DNA from: Anaerolineales bacterium UBA6128
Lineage (GTDB): Bacteria; Chloroflexota; Anaerolineae; UBA1429
Assembly (NCBI GenBank): GCA_002423325.1
Contig: DIVQ01000208.1
Location: 1,983 to 38,038 of the forward strand
Direction of reading: 5' to 3'
Length of the DNA: 36,056 nt
Positions 31,886 to 36,056 of this stretch are shown in pieces. Each line of letters opens with the position of its first letter. Position 1 is the stretch's first letter. The notes under the pieces were generated by a model, which was given only the letters and a program-made list of their open reading frames with translations, was not told where the DNA came from and ran no database searches. The position numbers were made by a program, and so were the translations under genes.

Positions 31886-33478
31886 TCAGTCTGAAGGCGT
31901 CTGGTAGGGGGGCAGCGTGATCCTGCGAGCGCGCTGAACGTTGCGGACCTCCAGCACGCGGGGCAGGGTGCTATCGGGCACCTCTTCGTCGAGGCCGAGG
32001 ATCATGATGGATGGGCCGCCGGGCGCTACACGACTCATCTGCACGAAAGAGATGTTCACCTGCGCTTCACCCAGGAGACAGGCGATCGGCCCCACGATGT
32101 TCGGGAGGTCCAGATGCAGATCCACAAGCATGCGGCCCTGCAGCTGGCACTCCAGGCGCTGACTGTCCAGGCACACCAGGTGCGGCGTGTCCTGCAGGAT
32201 GGCGCCGCTGATGTTCTGGTCGCGCGCGCCGGGAAAGCGTGCGGTGATCTGACTGGCGTAGCGCTCGCGCCGGGTGTGGCGCACCTCGGATACGACCAGT
32301 CCGCGGCGCTCCGCGACCCAGGCGGCGTTGACCACGTTGACCGGCTGTGCGCTGACCGAGGCCAGCAGACCGGCCAAAAAGGCGCTGGTCAGCACGCGGG
32401 TGTCGTACTCGCAGATCTCGCCATCGTAAGTCAGTTCTACACGGTTGGCCAGTTCGCCGCGCCACTGCAGGAAAAAGCTGCCCAGCCGTTGTGCGAGGTC
32501 GATGTACGGCCCCAGGAATGCGGCAGCCTGAGGGGGCAGGTAGGGCACGTTGACCGGGCTGTTGGGCAGCCGACCTTCGAGGGCATCGACCACGGCGTGG
32601 GCGACGTCGCGCGCCACATTCTCCTGGGCCTCTTTGGTGGAGGCGGCCACGTGTGGCGTGACGATCACGTTGGGCAGGCCGGTGAGCGCGTTGTCCACCG
32701 CAGGCTCGACTTCGAACACGTCCAGCGCCGCGCCGGCGATACGCTTCTCCTCCAGCGCGACCTTGAGAGCCTGTTCGTCGATGATACCGCCGCGCGCGCA
32801 GTTGATCAGGAACGCGGTGGGCTTGCACTTGGCAAGTTGGGCGGCGCCGATCAGCCCGCGCGTTTCGGGCGTCAGGGGCGTATGCACCGAGATGAAATCG
32901 GCCCAGCCGAGCAGTTCATCGAGCGACAGCAATTCGATGCCCAGTGACGCGGCGCGTTCGGGTGAAACGTAGGGGTCAAAGGCACCCACCTGCATCTCCA
33001 GGCCCTTGGCCTTGGCGGCCACCAGCGCACCGATGCGGCCAAAGCCGACCAGTCCCAGGCGGCGGCCCTTGACTTCGACGCCCTTGAGGGCGCTCTTCTC
33101 CCAGCGTCCGGCCTTGAGCAGCGACACGGCAGGGTAGAGCTGACGCGCCAGCGCCAGGATCAACGCGATCGTGTGTTCGGCGACAGCATTGCTGTTGCCC
33201 GTGGGCGCATTGACCACCATGATGCCCCGATGGGTGGCGGCTGCGGTGTCGATGTTGTCGACGCCAGTGCCGGCGCGCCCGATGACGCGCAAGCGCGCGC
33301 CGGCCTCGATGACGCCGTTGTTCACCTCGGTGCGGCTGCGGACGACCAGCGCGTCATAATCCCCGATGATGGCCTTAAGGCCCTCGTGGCTCAGGTCTTC
33401 GCGGCAGTCCACCTCCGTGGCCTGCCGAAGTATGGACATCCCCTCAGCGCCCAACGCTTCGGTCACCAGAACCTTCAT
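31886..33478 (-). CDS. serA: D-3-phosphoglycerate dehydrogenase (long form with ASB and ACT domains)
   Basis: ATG is preceded by AAGGAGG. 'MKVLVTE..', NAD motif 'GLVGFGRIGALVA', 'NCARGGIIDE' and 'VTPHVAAST'. A regulatory extension of about 200 aa follows at the C-terminus. Length is 530 aa. Confidence 0.9.
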   Translation of the reverse strand: MKVLVTEALGAEGMSILRQATEVDCREDLSHEGLKAIIGDYDALVVRSRTEVNNGVIEAGARLRVIGRAGTGVDNIDTAAATHRGIMVVNAPTGNSNAVAEHTIALILALARQLYPAVSLLKAGRWEKSALKGVEVKGRRLGLVGFGRIGALVAAKAKGLEMQVGAFDPYVSPERAASLGIELLSLDELLGWADFISVHTPLTPETRGLIGAAQLAKCKPTAFLINCARGGIIDEQALKVALEEKRIAGAALDVFEVEPAVDNALTGLPNVIVTPHVAASTKEAQENVARDVAHAVVDALEGRLPNSPVNVPYLPPQAAAFLGPYIDLAQRLGSFFLQWRGELANRVELTYDGEICEYDTRVLTSAFLAGLLASVSAQPVNVVNAAWVAERRGLVVSEVRHTRRERYASQITARFPGARDQNISGAILQDTPHLVCLDSQRLECQLQGRMLVDLHLDLPNIVGPIACLLGEAQVNISFVQMSRVAPGGPSIMILGLDEEVPDSTLPRVLEVRNVQRARRITLPPYQTPSD

Positions 33479-33493
33479 CTTGCCTCCTTGTGA

Positions 33494-34762
33494 TCAGTCC
33501 AACGGATTGAGCACCAGGCCCGTCAAAAGCTTGGGCCAAAAGTAGGTGCTTTTTTGCGGCATGGTTACCCCTTTGAGGGCCGCGTGCCAGACCTGGTCGA
33601 TGCGGGTGGGGTTCAGAATAAACGCCGCCTGCGCCCGACCCGCGTGCACGCTTTCACAGGCCTCCTCGGCATTTACGGTGTAGCTGACCGAGTCGTCATG
33701 GGCCAACGCTTGAGCCGAAATGCCGAGGTGCGGGGCCAAGATCATGTCTTGCAGCGCCACGACATCGAGTGTGGCGATCTCGGCGGGCAGGCCGCCAGCG
33801 TGCCGCTGCGCCGCGGCGCGGTCTCTGAGCTTGAGCAGCCACGCGCCAGCACGGCCCAAGCAGAGGCCAAAGGCGATCTCGCCCGGCGCAGTCTGCGTGA
33901 CCGCGGCGCTCAGGTGTGCGGCGCTCTCCAGCGCCAGCAGGTCGAAATCGGCGCGCAGGGCATTCAGCAGCGCTTGTGGATCGGCGATCGGGGCGTGCAC
34001 GACGCGGTGCGCGGCCAGTATGCGCAGGCCATCGCTTTCGGCGGACGTGAGGTACATGAGCACGGCGTCATAGGGACGTTGCTCGCCCGGGTTGCCCTCG
34101 GCGGCGCGCCGTTCGGCGCGGTACGCCAGCGCCGTCTCGTAGCGATGATGGCCATCGGCGATCACCACATCTCGCCGGGCCAGCGCCGCTGTCAGGGCGC
34201 CGAGCGCGGCCCCATCGGTGATCGGCCAGAAGAGATGGCGTACGCCCTCGGCGTCAGTGACGTCGACGTCGGGTTGCGCGGGAGGCGTCAGCCAGCGCCC
34301 GATCTCGTCAGACGGGTCGCGGTACATGCCGAACACGGGACTGGACTGGGCGCGGAGCGCACGCATCAGGTTGAGACGGTCCTGACGCGGCCCGACGCGC
34401 GTACGCTCGTGCGGATGAATGCCACGGCCCCACTCGGCCAGGCGTACTGTTCCCAGCAGACCGGTACGCACGTAAGGCTTGTCTCCCACGGCAAAGTGCT
34501 GCTGGTAGCCGTAGAGCGCGGGCTGCGGCTCGCGCAGCAGCACGCGCTCGGCCAGCCAGCGGTCGCGGATGCGCGCGGCCTCAGCATACCAGGCGGGATC
34601 CTGGTCCGGCCCGAGGTCGATGTGCACGATGTTGTTGGGATTGCCGGCCAGGTGGGCCAGGCGCTGGCGCGGATCGATGACGTCGTAAGGCGGTGCGAAG
34701 AGGCTGGCCGCGACGAGTTCCGGAGCGTAGCGCAGGCCGTGAAAAGGCAGAACGGTGACCAT
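33494..34762 (-). CDS. DUF1015 domain-containing protein
   Basis: I chose ATG at 34762 (MVTVLPFHGLRY..), preceded by AGGGGG. 'PFHGLRY' and 'FAPPYDVIDP' are DUF1015 N-terminal hallmarks. It is co-oriented with serA, 15 nt upstream of it. Confidence 0.8.
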   Translation of the reverse strand: MVTVLPFHGLRYAPELVAASLFAPPYDVIDPRQRLAHLAGNPNNIVHIDLGPDQDPAWYAEAARIRDRWLAERVLLREPQPALYGYQQHFAVGDKPYVRTGLLGTVRLAEWGRGIHPHERTRVGPRQDRLNLMRALRAQSSPVFGMYRDPSDEIGRWLTPPAQPDVDVTDAEGVRHLFWPITDGAALGALTAALARRDVVIADGHHRYETALAYRAERRAAEGNPGEQRPYDAVLMYLTSAESDGLRILAAHRVVHAPIADPQALLNALRADFDLLALESAAHLSAAVTQTAPGEIAFGLCLGRAGAWLLKLRDRAAAQRHAGGLPAEIATLDVVALQDMILAPHLGISAQALAHDDSVSYTVNAEEACESVHAGRAQAAFILNPTRIDQVWHAALKGVTMPQKSTYFWPKLLTGLVLNPLD

Positions 34763-34967
34763 TGAACCCCCTGTGTTGGAAACGGATCGGATCTCTGACG
34801 CGAGCCGTGCTGGCAGCGCGCATTCAGTGACGTCGGGTGTGCTCAGCGCACAAATGCAGCGTCTACTGCAAGAATGGCCTTTGCTGCATAATGGCTTACA
34901 TTGCCAGAAGAGGGGCCATCGTGGCCGGGGAGGAATGGGGCTGCATTGCCCTTTCGAGGACGGGGCG

Positions 34968-34996
34968 ATTGTAGCACGGGGCCTCGGGACTGTCAA
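34968..34996 (-). promoter_or_regulatory. promoter of the DUF1015-serA operon with an AT-rich upstream (UP-like) element
   Basis: Minus strand reads TTGACA - 17 nt - TACAAT. It is immediately preceded (35000-35070) by the most AT-rich stretch of the window (..TTTATATATACTTTCTTAGCCTTTT..). Confidence 0.6.
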
Positions 34997-35115
34997 AAAG
35001 GCTAAGAAAGTATATATAAACTGCAAGATGAGAAGAAGGTAGCATAGAATATTGCACAGAGTCTGATGCGCTCGGGGTGGCGCAGGCCGCGTCTCGGCAT
35101 ATGGTCTGGCAGCCC

Positions 35116-35147
35116 AAACAAGAAGGGCGGCCGAGAACGGCCGCCCC
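35116..35147 (-). terminator. intrinsic terminator of the URO-D-like gene
   Basis: On the minus strand there is a 9-bp stem GGGCGGCCG / CGGCCGCCC with a 4-nt loop, followed by TTCTTGTTT. It begins 21 nt after the stop. Confidence 0.75.
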
Positions 35148-35167
35148 GGGTTCGTCACGCGAGGGGA

Positions 35168-36056
35168 CTAAGCGTAGCTGCCCAGTTGCTTGGCCAGCGC
35201 AATGATCTGGCGAAAGTCCTCGAGGCTCACGCTGGAGGGCACCGAGTGGTCGGACGAAAAGACATAGCCACCGCCCTGCTTGAGCAACGGCACCACGCGC
35301 TCCATCTCTTCCTGGATGGCAGCCGGGTTGTCCCACAGCACTGCGTTGATGCCGCCGTGCAGCACCAGGTCACTGCCAAAGCGTTGCTTGAGCGCCACGG
35401 GGTCCATGCCGGCCTTGACCTCGAGCGGGTTGAGGCCGTCGAGTCCCAACTCTACCAGCTCGGGCACAAAGGGGCGGATATCGCCGCACGAGTGCAGTTC
35501 GGCGACGATGCCTTTGGCGTGCGCCCACTCGATGGCGCGCTTGTGGAAGGGTTTTTCAAGCTCGCGGTACATTTTGAGCGAAAAGAACTGGTTTTGCTTG
35601 TAGCCCATGTCATCACACCAGGTGATGGCGTCAAAGTGATAGCCCGCCTCCCACACCATGTCGAGCAGGGCGAGGGTGGTCTCGAGCTGATGGTTGAACA
35701 TGTCCATCAGCCACTCGGGATTCTCGACCAGCGCCATCAGCACCCGTTCGGTGCCGACCATCCAGGCGTGGGTGACGTCAAAGCCAAAGGTCAGCCCCGC
35801 CTCGATCCAGCGTCCGTCGCTGCGCCAGGTCTTCCAGTTGGCCGCCAGCCGCGCCCAATCGATGCGGTCACGGGTAGGCTGGATGCGCGTCTTGGCCTGC
35901 GCCCAGCTGTCGGGATCGACGATGGTAAAGGCGAGGAACTCGGGCGTGGAGGCGGCGTGTTTCCACTGGCGCATGGTTACGCCCCAATTGCTGGTGTACA
36001 CGATGTGCGCGTCCGTCTCGCTGAGCGTCCTGGCCTCATAGCGCGGTGAGTTGTCG
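35168..36056 (-). CDS. uroporphyrinogen decarboxylase (URO-D) family protein, methyltransferase/decarboxylase-like; 5' end outside window
   Basis: The frame stays open from the GTG at 36001 to the window edge (..PRYEARTLSETDAHIVYTSNW..), so the gene is probably truncated here. 'WCDDMGYKQN', 'ELHSCGDI' and 'GGYVFSSDHS' resemble URO-D/MtaA-type TIM barrels. Confidence 0.65.
   Translation of the reverse strand, partial: DNSPRYEARTLSETDAHIVYTSNWGVTMRQWKHAASTPEFLAFTIVDPDSWAQAKTRIQPTRDRIDWARLAANWKTWRSDGRWIEAGLTFGFDVTHAWMVGTERVLMALVENPEWLMDMFNHQLETTLALLDMVWEAGYHFDAITWCDDMGYKQNQFFSLKMYRELEKPFHKRAIEWAHAKGIVAELHSCGDIRPFVPELVELGLDGLNPLEVKAGMDPVALKQRFGSDLVLHGGINAVLWDNPAAIQEEMERVVPLLKQGGGYVFSSDHSVPSSVSLEDFRQIIALAKQLGSYA

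Noticed and set aside
34896-34946. A 16-codon uORF (MQPHSSPATMAPLLAM) as a serine-sensing leader peptide.
   Set aside because: The SD-like AAAGGG is only 2 nt from the ATG. Only two Ser codons are present, and I could not define a terminator/antiterminator alternative. It is kept only as a note inside the leader finding.
34763-34965. A T-box or other known riboswitch in the DUF1015-serA leader.
   Set aside because: I could not find the conserved T-box core (GGUGGNACCGCG-like) or other riboswitch cores I know by eye. It needs an Infernal scan.

Overview
This is a high-GC bacterial chromosomal segment. Hand counts on ordinary lines give about 65-68% G+C. The T/P-rich linker protein, the H+-pyrophosphatase and the gene content hint at a Chloroflexota-like organism, but that is inference only. 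I call 32 protein-coding genes and recognise no rRNA, tRNA, CRISPR array, transposase or integrase. Most of the window is housekeeping or metabolic: two paralogous ABC-2 permeases, an esterase, a glycerate-type 2-hydroxyacid dehydrogenase, a DUF368 membrane protein, a Rieske protein, a sugar cluster (GHMP kinase, GH38 alpha-mannosidase, Gfo/Idh/MocA oxidoreductase), an Fe-S flavoprotein, a large glycoside hydrolase, an H+-PPase, a fucose-isomerase-like enzyme, a cysK-nifS-nifU operon, TelA, an RraA-like protein, a nitroreductase, a DUF1015-serA operon and a URO-D-like enzyme. Two things stand out. (1) A roughly 2 kb low-GC island (about 2975-5010, 42-52% GC on hand-counted lines) carries a translationally coupled three-gene minus-strand operon: a TIGR04255-family protein, a small predicted membrane protein and a 209-aa orphan protein. 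It has its own near-consensus promoter and sits next to a PD-(D/E)xK-like nuclease/wHTH gene. This is my best candidate for an undescribed accessory system (defence-like or toxin-antitoxin-like). (2) A self-contained SNF2 helicase + SWIM zinc-finger gene pair (14510-18626) belongs to a widespread pairing whose function is still unassigned. All family calls come from motif recognition by eye; no searches were run. The many long antisense ORFs in the track are typical high-GC artefacts and were rejected.
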